Shown here: positions 16,757-37,464 of the stretch, in pieces
How the letters are laid out: each line of letters opens with the position of its first letter
Numbering within the stretch: the first letter of the stretch is position 1
NCBI GenBank assembly: GCA_002269645.1
Contig: NIVC01001817.1
Coordinates: forward strand, 62,001 to 126,000
Reading direction: 5' to 3'
Source: Macrostomum lignano
Lineage: Eukaryota
DNA: 64,000 bases
Translations under genes and position numbers: made by a program
Notes under the pieces: model-generated
The model's input: the letters and a program-made list of their open reading frames with translations, nothing else
Database searches by the model: none
What the model was told of the DNA's origin: nothing

Positions 16757-19233
16757 TTAACAGCATATCGCGAAAACCCATATGGTCAGCTTGGCTGACC
16801 ATGACTGTAAGTAGTCTATATGAAGTATAATAACGAGAAAACATGCATTCAAGCATGTCAAAAACTCAAAAATATCGTCAAAAATATCAAAACATGAAAA
16901 TTTATTTCACAAAAACATGAATTACTAAAATTCCTTTTCTCACTCTGCTAAACGAGTGAAAGTGCATAGCTCGAAGCTGTCTGCTCAATCGCACCTGAAT
17001 AGTAGGGTGCTGAACTAGTAAATAACGTTCTGTTTTCGACTTTTTGATACTTTTTCAAGTTCTTAGTAGTTAAAACTTTGAAATGGTCTGAATGTTTTGA
17101 ATTTCTAGCTTCCAGATGTAGCATTGCTTTGAGTTCTTGTTTAATAAATTTTGCAAAAGATCCAGTAAATTTAGCTTTACTTCTGTTGCTATTACACTAC
17201 CTAACTTTTATGCATTGTGAGGCAAGACAATAACAGGTAGTCAGCAGGAGTAAAACGAACAAGTCTCCTCTCAGCCTACGAGTGCCAGGCTCGAAAGCAG
17301 TCAGGGATGCACAAGCCGAGCTGACCCAGGCACTGCTGACAGACGAAGACGGTACTTTTGGTGATGCCATTGCGATAGCAGACTCTGCAGCGACGTGCAG
17401 GTCGCTAGTTACCAGGTGTGGCAGGCAGCTTACTGGGCAAGTGAACAGCATCGGCAACAGGACGCGATGGGTGGACGCACCGTCTTTTTCCAGGCCCTGA
17501 GCTGTCTATCAGGGCAACGATCAGTTGTTCCATGAACTTCAGAAAAGTCAGTGAGCCGCCGGAGTGCCGGAACAAAATCCAGGCATTGTGCGACAGCTGC
17601 AATAGGAAATGAATTCCGAGCTTCTGGTGCCATCGGTACATCTTTCTGCTTGGGTGGTAGGGCTGCAGCGCAGAGTCAAGGCGGTCGACACCACCCATGG
17701 ACTTTGAGTAGTCCGTCACAGTCACCGGCTTTCGAACAACCTCCATTTGTCCACCTCGTCTGTACCGTTGTCGCGCAGTGCTCTGGGCCGTACCGAAGGT
17801 GTCAAGCAGGTAGACTGTCTTAATACCGCTTGCTTTTCTGTCTGTCAGCTTCACTGCCAAAAAATCACCGCTTCGCATGTAGCAGTGGGATGAAGGCACT
17901 GCTGGCATCTGCCGGAGCTCGACTGGAATGCCGCGGTCACAGAGAACGGTGCCTGTTAGTAAGGTATTGTGAGGTAGTAGAAACTCAGCCAGTCGTCGGG
18001 AGGAGAAATAACTGTCAACAAACACCCTGTAGCCAAGAGCAGGTCCTTCGACAGCTCCACCACTATTCGCTCGCTGATGGACAGGTTGTAGTCGACGAAT
18101 TCGCTGCCAAACTTGCTGTTTTCCTCAGCTGTCGAATGAACGAGGACGTTTCATAAGTAACCGGTCTTGGAGTCACAAAGACAATAGGTCTTAATTCCAT
18201 ATCTAGCCCGCTTGCTGGGAATATACTGTTTGAACGCTAGTCGTCCTTTGTGCTGAACAAGCTCCTCGTCAACAGCGATGTCCCTGTCAGGCTGAAAATT
18301 CTGCTGACAAACTTCCTTTACTGAGTTCAAGAACGGGCGGATTTTGCGAAGCGGATCGTCATTGTCACCAACGCGACAGTCGTAGAACCTCAGAAAAGAT
18401 AAGATTTGTTGGAACCGGTTTCGAGACAGGAAGTTTTCACTCAGGAACAACTGGTTGTCATAAAACTTTCCATTGGCCCAGTAGTTTTTGATCTCTGGCT
18501 TGCGCACGATTCCCATGTAAAATATTATTGCGATGGTCTTTCTTATATCATCATCTGCACAGTCTCTCCAATCGGTCAATCTCGGTGGCAGCAGCTGGTC
18601 ATCCTCTTCGTTCTCAAAGATTCGCAGCTCCTCCCATGCGCGAGCATTGGTGAATTCTTTCAAATGACTAATAATGTCCTTCGTGAATAAGTTGAAAAAG
18701 AGTAACGGCTCATTTGCTGGTGCTTGAACACCAGGATTCATACCGTGGACTCCGAGAAACTCGGGAAGCTGCCCAGCTCTGTCATCTTCTCCGTCGTTGA
18801 CAATTGTCCATTCGTTTTCCTCATCCTCCATCTCCAAGGTTGGCTCCTCAATTTCTTCAATAACTGAGTCCTGATCTGACTCAGTCGATGAGCTGTTGGA
18901 CTCGTCGCTTGTAAGAAGTTGATGAAGACTCATTATTACTTATCCGTCGAAATAGCAAATTATATGACAATTCTTCTTAAAATGAAGAGGTAAACAATCT
19001 AGATTGAATGCAAAGAAGAAAAATCTTACTAGGGATAGTGATACAGTACGAGGAAGGAAGGGCAGAAGCAGTCCACAGTGATAGGTTCTATGGCTGAAAC
19101 CCCAAAGCAGGTCACAGAGTGTTCCAAACACACTCTCTCAAGCAACGGGTTTTGGCGATGTTAAAGCAGCACTATAATTTTACATAGCAGTAGTCTATGG
19201 TCAGCCCTGCTGACCATACGGGTTTTCGCTTAA
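16757..19233 (-). mobile_element. piggyBac-family DNA transposon, decayed
   Basis: Inverted repeats GCGAAAACCC(A/G)TATGGTCAGC-N3-GCTGACCAT at 16770-16802 and 19197-19229, with TTAA at 16757-16760 and 19230-19233, enclosing a transposase pseudogene. The left boundary may extend to the TTAA at 16660. Confidence 0.85.
17276..18933 (-). pseudogene. piggyBac (PGBD4-like, DDE_Tnp_1_7) transposase pseudogene
   Basis: Motifs FLSRNRFQQI, VDEELV, KQYIPSKRARYGIK, FVDSYFSS, MGGVDRLD and a C-terminal Cys-rich RRCRVC...CQQC...LCIPDCF. Lesions: TGA at 18151-18153, a frameshift near 18035, TAG at 17405-17407. Confidence 0.92.
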
Positions 19234-20599
19234 TGTAGAGAAAATGCGCGGTATGGAACTGGTTTTAAAGAGATTTATGAGCCAAAGCGGTAATGGCGCG
19301 CATATGCATGAATTAATAGCTCACAGATGTACTTATGCATGTACGGTATATAGAAATAAAAAACGTACGTATGGGGAATAAAAAAGTAAGGGGAATCATT
19401 CATTCTTAACCACTCAAGTAAAATTAGTTTAGGACCTTCGTTTATCATACCGTTTGGTGTACATGTAATTAGATGAAAGTAAAAAAAATTTTGGTTTTTT
19501 TAATCAGGAATTTAGTCTGTGAATGGTCCAACCGCGGTGAGCTCGGCATACAAATACCGCTTAATTGAGCGTCCGAGCTTCGAGGGCGAGTTCCTTTCGT
19601 TTAATTCATTCCAAGATATGTTATATTAGCGGTAAATTTGTTAATACGACGTATTTGACGCATAAAACGTCATCATACATGTATACATGTATTTTATCTT
19701 GATAATATCTATTTATCGATCGTACGCATCATGTAGCATAGTAAAGATTTTCACTTGATTTTCAAGACTATACAATTATAAACTCTCAAGGTGATATTAA
19801 AAAGACAACCTGGCGTGGCCGTTGAGCTGCTACCAAGTACCTTGGCTGCTACATGTGCATGTACATGCATGATTACTATACAGCTGCAGCTGACAAAGGC
19901 CGCGGATTGCATGATGTCTTTTACGGTCCTAAAGCTGCATGCAGCTCGATCAAGCCAAAGTGCACGAGGCCACGAACTTTTTGAATACCCCGACCGTTAG
20001 AAGAGTACATTGAAGTTTTTATTTGATTTTTAGTAGAGTTCTACTAGTTTGATTTAAATATAACAAACTAAATTGGTAATTCTTCTAGAATTAAAACAAA
20101 ATACTAAGTAGTTTTTAAACAGAATTTTATAACACTGCTAACATAGTTGTTATAATTTTTTGAATAAGTTACTAGACAGTTTGTACAGCTTTTGCAATAT
20201 ACCTATAATATTTTAAATCATAAAGATACGATTTCAAATTTATAAATTTCTCCGAATGAAATCTTTTCCCTGCTCTGAATGTCCGTACTTCTGAGTGGAT
20301 GATGGTGCCTGGTGGATGTGGATCTAGTCAAAACTGGTTTATACTTGTAAAAAATGCGCGAAAACTCGATGTGTTGTGTGAATTTTTGTACTCCTTGTCC
20401 TATAAATATTTCGTGTTAACAGTTTTACTGGATGCCTTGCATATTGGTATCAAATTGTGTTCTCATGACCTATCTATATTATACAACTTACAAGAAGGTG
20501 CCAATTTTATTGTGACCGATGCCCCTCGACTACCGTCCCTACTTGAACTTCTCTTGTGTAAATTATTTAAAAAAATTAAACGTGCGAAACTACAGGATA

Positions 20600-21490
20600 G
20601 CCAATAAATGAAATGACACATGACTCATGACAAAGGACAAATGACTGACCTTAAAACAAATAGGAAGGCGAAAATCAACATTAAATAAATTTAATTGAAC
20701 GACGCGTTTCGCACGATACTATGCATCTTCAGGTTTATTTTTGAGCAAAAGAAACGAATGAGATCGGCAGTAAATAAATACAAAATTTTAGGGTATAAAT
20801 TTGATCAATATTTGAAGTACATGTTTGTTGGTCCAAAAGTCAAGAGGCAAAGTCCAGGGACAGAATGATAGCGATATAGTTAGAAGTATATAATGTACAT
20901 CCAGTGCCCCCTCCCTCAGAGCACACGGAGAACATGTCCTGCATCACTGTGTTGGAGATTGGAGTTGAGTGTTAAGGTTGGGGGAATGCACTTTAATATA
21001 GGCCTAGGCCCCCTAGCACTTTAAGTATCTGCAGTTTGGAGTCAAATAAGCATTGGTCAATGACTTTGAAATGCTCTTTGGGTTTGCAGTTGGAGCAACT
21101 ATTACACTCTAAGAGATGGTTTTGGATAGCTGATGGTTTTAGCCAGTGCTCCCTAATTCTAGGGTGCAGGTGCCTTTTTGTCTTCCCCACGTAGGAGATG
21201 CTCTGGTCATCAGAGCAGTTGAACTGATAAATGACACCAACACGAAGAGCACAGGGAACATGTGACTTCAACCAACTGACAAAGTTGCCAACTTTAGCAG
21301 AACAAAAGATGACAGGGATGTTGCAATTAAGCAAGTTGCGGAATAATTTGCAGATTTTATTTTTAAAAAGTTGAGAAGCATAGCCAAAGAAAGGGAAGAC
21401 AAGAGTTGTTTGTTGAGATTGATGGAATTATATTGGCTATTGGTCTATCCTTCTCAACTTTTCAAAAATAAAATCTGCAAATTATTTGAT
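20600..21490 (-). mobile_element. Penelope-like retroelement remnant (GIY-YIG endonuclease end plus pLTR-like region)
   Basis: VIYQFNC...SYVGKTKRHLHPRIREH (ORF 20993..21334), frameshifted tail YIKVHSPNLNTQL, downstream hammerhead, and an inverted partial copy at 21445-21486. Confidence 0.85.
20695..20740 (-). ncRNA. Minimal hammerhead ribozyme associated with the Penelope-like element
   Basis: Minus strand AAAC-CTGAAGA-T-GCA-TAGTATCG-TGC-GAAA-CGCGTC-GTT: core CUGAAGA and GAAA, 3-bp stem II, palindromic ACGCGT stem III, GUC cleavage triplet, 3-bp stem I. Confidence 0.72.
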
Positions 21491-22499
21491 TGCATATAGC
21501 ATAATAAAACTTTTTGATAAGATTCATTTTGGCATAAGCATGCCATGATCCTGACTATGGGCCTACTATAGCTAGCATGAAACCAATGATGATTCTTTCA
21601 ATTTCCTACCTAAGTGAGTTGCACTGGCAACAATTCTATCCAGTTATGCAATGTTATGCTTTGAGACCTTCCTTTACTAGCTATTAGATGAGCTATTAAT
21701 GTACTATACAACATTATTTTCAAGACTTGCCAATATTTTAAAGATAGGCACACATTATAATTATACTTTAATAAACTTGTTTTTTGTCTATGATAAAAAG
21801 TTAGATAAAGAACTATTTCTATAGACTATAGGTAAGTATTCACCAACCACATTTAAATGGTAGATATAGAAAATCTGCCAGAAAATTGTGCTGCAGAGCA
21901 ATAGTATAATGTAGCTATTGGTAGGCCTATTCAAAGACCAAAATGTTGTAATGCAAGAAAGGATCCTATATTGTTGCAATGCAAAAAGGTCCTTTATTGT
22001 TGCAACACTATTCTTATAATGTCTTGCATAAATATCACAAGTAAATTAATTTTTCTGGCATAAATTATGACACTGTTGTAGAAACCTATAGACTAGGCCT
22101 AGGTATTAGAAAATGAATGTATATAATATATCCAGAAGACTATTATAAACATCTGCAATTCTATATTCAAATATAAATTGCATTTTATTTTTGAATGCTA
22201 TTATTTATTTTTTTATCTATCATATGTCCAAGAATCTATATTAGAATTTAGAAGTTATGAAATTCACTTGTAAAAGTATACATGTAAAAATGTAAATGTA
22301 AGTTTAGCATATTCCTCCTGTTTTACTGGCTCCAGACTGCCTCAGGCTTGTTTTATATAAAAAAGAGGTGAATTTGAGATCAAAGATTGCTGGAAAACTT
22401 TAAAAAGCCAAATCCAATATATGCACATAAAGAGAAAGAGATAGGGGTTTCCCTACCAGGCTGATAAACAGTTTTGCTTTTCTCTTGCCTGCTTATGTC

Positions 22500-22790
22500 T
22501 GACTTTGATTTCTCTCTTTACTGCTCTCTCATTGGCTGAGCTAGATTGGGCCTGCCCTCTAAGCTGAGTTTTGTACATCTTACTTTGACCTCTCTCCTTA
22601 CTGCTCTCTCATTGGCTGAGCTAGATTGGGCCTGCCCCCATAAGCTGAGTTTTGTACATCTTACTTTGACCTCTCTCCTTACTGCTCTCTCATTGGCTGA
22701 GCTAGATTGGGCCTGCCCTCTAAGCTGAGTTTTGTACATCCGACTTTGACCTCTCTCCTTAATGCTCTCTTATTGGCTGAGCTAGATTGG
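22500..22790. repeat. 80-81 bp tandem repeat (~3.4 copies) containing ATTGG (CCAAT) motifs; same family as 57545-57846
   Basis: Unit starts at 22518, 22598, 22679, 22759. Confidence 0.93.
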
Positions 22791-22996
22791 ATGCTTATAT
22801 TTGTGTACATTGAGTAACCCTGAAAAGGAAAGAAACTTAAATTTAAGTACACTTTTTCACACCTTATTACGACAGACATACTGGCCATTGCAGTATCTGT
22901 GGTATATACTAACAAACTGTTAATTGCCTAATTGACTCAATTGCTATTCCCCATTTTTTTCATTTTTTCATTGTTTCACATGAACAACAATTCCAA

Positions 22997-23404
22997 ATGT
23001 CGAATGGCAATAGTCAAAGTGAAACGGCGGCAGCACCGCAGACTCACGATGGAGAATTCGCTGTTCCTTATCCTGTCCCTTTAAAGCGACATCGAACCCG
23101 TTCAATGGCTGATCGAGCCCACAAGCAGCCGGTGCAGCATGGCAGAGTGACTTATTTCTGCAGACAACGGGGTCACGGCTTTATCCTGCTAACAGATACT
23201 AGCCAGTCTACCCAAGCCGAGTCTATCTTTGTTCACATTTCTGACATTGACGAAGAGTACGTACCAGTTCCTGGGGACGAAGTGGAGTTTCGAATGATTC
23301 CGATACCGCCTAAGAATGAAAAATATCAGGCTGTTCACGTCAGAATTATCCACCTGGCGCCCGGGGTGACGCATCACAAATGGTCGGAACCGGTTGATCA
23401 GTGA
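22997..23404 (+). CDS. CARHSP1: Cold-shock domain protein, CARHSP1/CSDC2 family, single exon, 135 aa
   Basis: RTRS...FCRQRGHGFI...IFVHISDIDEEYVPVPGDEVEF...PPKNEKYQAVHVRIIHLAPG...H..WS matches the family signature. Confidence 0.92.
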   Translation: MSNGNSQSETAAAPQTHDGEFAVPYPVPLKRHRTRSMADRAHKQPVQHGRVTYFCRQRGHGFILLTDTSQSTQAESIFVHISDIDEEYVPVPGDEVEFRMIPIPPKNEKYQAVHVRIIHLAPGVTHHKWSEPVDQ

Positions 23405-23524
23405 TTTGGTTCAAGAATTAATGACTGTCAACGCGTGATATTAAATTTCAAATCTGACCTTGAAGTGTCTTTTAAATCAATAACTCTTGACTATTGTCTC
23501 CTAGCTATTTAATCATAATGCACA

Positions 23525-24225
23525 TGTCTCATAGCTCAAACGTCTCTTTTATGACTCAAACCTGTCTCTTATAACTCAAACTTGTTCCTTATGACTCAAC
23601 CCGGTCTTTTATGATAAGCTTGTTCCTTATGACTCAAACCTGTGTCTTATGACTCAAAATTGTTCCTAATGACTCAAACCGGTCTCTTATGACTCAAACC
23701 GGTCTCTTATGACTCAAACTTGTTCCTAATGACTCAAACCGGTCTCTTATGACTCAAACTTGTTCCTAATGACTCAAACCGGTCTTATGACCCAAACTTG
23801 TTCCTAATGACTCAAAACGATCTCTTATGACCTAAAATCGTTCATTATGACTCAAACCGGTCTCTTATGACCCAAAATTATTCCTTTTGACTCAAAACCA
23901 TCTCTTAAGACTCAAATTCATCTTTTTAGCTCAAATTTAGTTCTTACGCTCATATGACTCAAATGCTTGTCTTATGACTCAAATGTGTCTCTTATGACTC
24001 AAATGTGTCTCTTATGACTCAAATGTGTCTCTTATGACTCAAATGTGTTTCTTGTGACTCAAATGTGTCTCTTATGACTCAAATGTGTCTCTTATGACCC
24101 AAATGTGTCTCCTAAGACTGAAATGTGTCTTATAGCTCAAACTTCTCTTTTCTAACTCAAATGTCCGTTATTACTGAATCTTGTCTCTTATGACTCAAAT
24201 GTTTCTTCTATGACTCAAAGCTATC
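23525..24225. repeat. Degenerate ~20-22 bp repeat with (A)TGACTCAAA core
   Basis: Direct inspection. Confidence 0.88.
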
Positions 24226-24849
24226 TTCTTGTGAGTGAAACTACCATGCATTGTCTCTCTGTATTTGAAGCTAAGCCTAGCTAAAATTCCAGTGTAAACT
24301 GTATAAAATTATAGCTAAGCTTAGTTTCTAAGGTATTAATTTATGTTAGCTTTTTATTTTTTAAGAGAAATGTTCTAAATTGTTTCTAACGAACCATTAC
24401 AACGTTTAGCTTGTATTTCCACGAATTCAGCTGTGTATACTCACTTGAGTTAAAGCCAGTTATAATTATTTAATCATTCACTTTTCCCGCCGAGCTTTTT
24501 ATTATCCTGTCAGTAGCATATTTGATTTATTGTCATAATCTTAATCTCCCTTTTCAACCATATTATTTTTTTACTGTCGACGGTAAACTTTTTACTATTA
24601 GTAGCAAGCATAAATCGTAGCTAACCATTTTGATTTGCTATATTAAAACCTGTTTTCTGTATAGTCATCCTTCCGTTTGTTGATTTGGTTAGAAATGATT
24701 TTTTTAAACTGTCTTGCCGATTCTCAATTGTATAAAAAATTATCCTTTCGCTATACTACTGATTTTTATTACAATAATGAGTAGCATGATTATTAGCCAC
24801 TAGTCATATTTTGTTCAAAGCAAAATGAATAACTGCTTCAATTTGTTAT

Positions 24850-25620
24850 TGTTGATCATCAGACTCTCAATCTCTCCTCATTAACTTCCCCCAGACTCAC
24901 CATCAGTCTCAATGATGCTTTAATCTCCTTACTCTCCCTTTCAGCTCTCACTCAGTCAGTCCCTCAATCTTCCTTTAAACTTTCCCCTCAGTCTCTCTCC
25001 TCAGACTCCCCCCAGGCTCTTAGGCTCTCCTCTCAGACTCCCCCCAGGCTCTTAGGCTCTCCTCTCAGACTCCCCCAGGCTCTCAGGCTCTCCTCTCAGA
25101 CTCCCCCCAGGCTCTCCCCTCAGGCTCTCACCTCAGACTCTCCTCAGACTCTCCCCTCAGGCTCTCCCCTCAGGCTCTCCCCTCAGACTCTCCCCCAGGC
25201 TCTCCCCTCAGAATCTCCCCTCAGGCTCTCTCCTCAGACTCTCCCCTCACTCTCCCCTCACGCTCTCACCCCAGACTCTCCCCTCAGGCTCTCCCCTCAG
25301 GCTCTCGCCTCATGCTCTCGCCTCAGGCTCTCACCTCAGGCTCTCACCCCAGACTCTCCCCTCAGGCTCTCGCCTCAGGCTCTCGCCTCAGGCTCTCGCC
25401 TCATGCTCTCGCCTCAGGCTCTCACCTCAGGCTCTCACCCCAGACTCTCCCTTCAGGCTCTCCCCTCAGACTCTCCCCTCACTCTCCCCTCAGACTCTCC
25501 CCTCAGACTCTCCCCTCAGGCTCTTCCCTCAGACTCTCTCCTCAAACTCTCCCCTAAAAATCATTATCAGACTTTCCTCTAAGATTCTCTCTCTTCAGAC
25601 TCCCTTCTCCCCTCAGAGTC
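24850..25620. repeat. Pyrimidine-rich ~13-bp repeat (CTCTCCCCTCAG(G/A))
   Basis: Direct inspection. Confidence 0.9.
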
Positions 25621-25695
25621 TCTGATTAGACTCTCACCCGAACCCACCCTACAGGCAGAAGTATATTTATCCTGCAATATTCTCTCCCTGCTTTA

Positions 25696-34648
<8,953 letters not shown>

Positions 34649-35059
34649 GTAACAGAGCAACAGGCGTTTGCTTAATTGATTGACAGTTATTTATAGCCTG
34701 CCTTATCTTACCTATGATTCATGCACTCGAGAGCGCTATCATGCCAAAGTTGCTTAAATTTTTGTTTTCCATTTTTTTCCGTAGCGAATTTTCGTTCGTA
34801 TCTGTGATCCTTCTGTTTGGTGCTGATGTTATGAATTTTTTTTATAATTGTTTGTCTGTTTTGTAGTTGTTTTGCATGTACTTTTTGTACTTCATCAAAT
34901 AAAGTTTAAACAGCATACCACATATATTATATAATTATGACTGCATAAAAATATTTTTGACAAAAATTTACTGATAAGTATTTTTAAATTGAGTAAATAT
35001 TTTTGTTATTGCATTTAAAACTAATGTATACATATTCCTGTTTTAGAAATTGTGAGGCC

Positions 35060-35292
35060 CTTAGCAAACGAGCTGAATCCCCTCAGCAACTAAAGGTTAA
35101 ATCCCCTTAGCAACTAAAAGTTAAATCCCCATAGCAACTAAAGCTTAAATCCCCTTAGCAACCAAAGGTTAATTCCCCTTAGCAACTAAAGGTTAAATCC
35201 CCTTAGCAGCTAAAGCTCTTAGCAACTAAAGCTAAACCCCCTTAGCAACTAAAGCAGAACCCCCTTAGCAACTAAAACTAAATCCCCTTTAG
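35060..35292. repeat. ~24-bp degenerate repeat (AATCCCCTTAGCAACTAAAGGTTA)
   Basis: About 9 copies. Confidence 0.9.
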
Positions 35293-35345
35293 CACATAGG
35301 ATCTTTATTAAATATAATTTTCCACCACTTCAGCTACTCGTATTA

Positions 35346-35359
35346 GTTTCCATGGCAAC
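35346..35359 (+). promoter_or_regulatory. RFX X-box-like palindrome GTTTCCATGGCAAC overlapping the GET1 start codon
   Basis: Matches the 14-bp X-box consensus; function untested. Confidence 0.35.
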
Positions 35360-36068
35360 AGACACCGATTCAATTTCGAATCCGAGCGCAGCCGCTCCCG
35401 TGCTGCTACTAATAGCCTTCGCCAGCCTTTGGTGGCTTCTCCCGCGCCTGCTGTCGCTGGCCTGCTGGCGCCTGGCTTCCGCCCTCAGCGGCGCTGGCAG
35501 CCCTCAGCCAGTCGAAGCCAACCTGTTAACCGAGCTTCGTTCGAATCGCCAGGAGCGCCGCTTCCTATCCAATACCGAATCAAATTTTGTTGCCATTTCA
35601 CGTTTAGATCGACGTGCCAATCGATTGCGCGGCGAATTGGCGCCTCTGAGAGAGGCGCGCGTTAGTAGCGCCGCGTTAGTAAAAGCCGGAGCTAATCTGG
35701 TTGCTAGGGCCGTATCTAATGCCGCCGCTGTGTCATTTCTGTACAGGTGTCGAGATGTAGCAGTGATGAAGCTTCCATTATTAGTCGAATGGTTTGCCCC
35801 GTTTCATTGGCTGTTGACCATCGGCAGCGATGACGGACAATCAGCTGATTGCTTGACATCGTCTTCGCTAATCCTGCTATGCCTGGGCTCTGTTAGCCTA
35901 GCGTCGGGTCTGACTAAGGTTCAAGCGGCCGCCTACGAAGGCTTAGCTGGCGCCGGTGCTGGCAAAGGTGCCGCTGACGTCGGTTTTGAAGGCTTCATGG
36001 CCGAAGCGAAAGCTGCCGTGGCGGCTGAGGAGGATCAGACTCTGATGATGGATGACCATGAAGACTAG
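35352..36068 (+). CDS. GET1: GET1/WRB-like tail-anchored protein insertion receptor, single exon, 238 aa
   Basis: N-terminal TM segment, coiled coil with F..ISRLDRR.N.L (compare WRB FARYARLERKINK), WFAP..WLL loop, and further hydrophobic segments. Confidence 0.72.
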   Translation: MATDTDSISNPSAAAPVLLLIAFASLWWLLPRLLSLACWRLASALSGAGSPQPVEANLLTELRSNRQERRFLSNTESNFVAISRLDRRANRLRGELAPLREARVSSAALVKAGANLVARAVSNAAAVSFLYRCRDVAVMKLPLLVEWFAPFHWLLTIGSDDGQSADCLTSSSLILLCLGSVSLASGLTKVQAAAYEGLAGAGAGKGAADVGFEGFMAEAKAAVAAEEDQTLMMDDHED

Positions 36069-36354
36069 ATTGATTGATAGTCTGAGGTTTCCTCATGTTT
36101 TAGTCATGTTTCATTTATTACTATTAAAATATTGATTCTGAATAAATTAGTGTTTATGTCTCATGTTGTCTGTAGTAGTAGCTGTTTATAAATTGTTTTA
36201 GTAACAATACTTTGCAGCACATTTTGTTTTTTGAAGGTATATGTTGTTAATTAAACTATATGATGCTTATTTATTAAATTAAATTGGTTCATGTTTTAAT
36301 CTACATTTTTAATTAAGAACTTTTTCTTTTTTTACAGCGACTCCTGCAGTCGAC

Positions 36355-37405
36355 TATTTCAGGATTAGCGATTTCTGAGTAGTTTTACTTCAGGATTAGC
36401 GATTTCTGAATAGGCTTACCTCAGTATTAGCGATTTCTTAGTAGGCTTACTCTAGGATTAGCGGTTTCTGAGTAGGCTCACTTCAGGATTAGCGATTTCT
36501 GAGTAGGCTCACTTCAGGATTAGCGATTTCTGAGCAGGTTCACTTCAGGATTAGCGATTTCTGAGTAGTTTTACTTCAGGATTAGCGATTTCTGAGTAGG
36601 CTCACTTCAGGATTAGCGATTTCTGAGTAGTTTTACTTCAGGATTAGCGATTTCTGAGTAGGCTCACTTCAGGATTAGCGATTTTTGAGTAGGCTTACCT
36701 CAGTATTAGCGATTTCTGAGTAGGCTCACTTAAGGATTAGCGATTTCCGAGTAGTTTTACTTCAGGATTAGCGATTTCTGAGTAGGCTCACTTCAGGATT
36801 AGCGATTTCTGAGTAGGCTCACTTCAGGATTAACGATTTCTGAGTAGGCTCACTTAAGGATTAGCGATTTCCGAGTAGTTTTACTTCAGGATTAGCGATT
36901 TCTGAGTAGTTTTACTTCAGGATTAGCAATTTCTGAGCAGGCTTACCTCAGGATTAGCGATTTCTGAGTAGGCTCACTTACGGATTAGCGATTTCCGAGT
37001 AGTTTTACTTCAGGATTAGCGATTTCTGAGTAGTTTTACTTCAGGATTAGCAATTTCTGAGCAGGCTTACCTCAGGATTAGCGATTTCTGAGTAGGCTCA
37101 CTTAAGGATTAGCGATTTCCGAGTAGTTTTACTTCAGGATTAGCGATTTCTGAGTAGTTTTACTTCAGGATTAGCGATTTCTGAGTAGTTTTACTTCAGG
37201 ATTAGCGATTTCTGAGTAGGCTCACTTAAGGATTAGCGATTTCTGAGTAGGCTCACTTAAGGATTAGCGATTTCTGAGTAGGCTCACTTAAGGATTAGCG
37301 ATTTCCGAGTAGTTTTACTTCAGGATTAGCGATTTCTGAGCAGGCTTACCTCAGGATTAGCGATTTCTGAGTAGGCTCACTTCAGGATTAGCGATATCTG
37401 AGTAG
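36355..37405. repeat. 31-bp minisatellite (CAGGATTAGCGATTTCTGAGTAGGCTCACTT)
   Basis: Period 31 measured at 36481/36512. Confidence 0.97.
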
Positions 37406-37464
37406 TCAGTAAGAAGGATTATGAAATTACAATTTTAATATCCCAATTTGCCCATGCCAACGCC

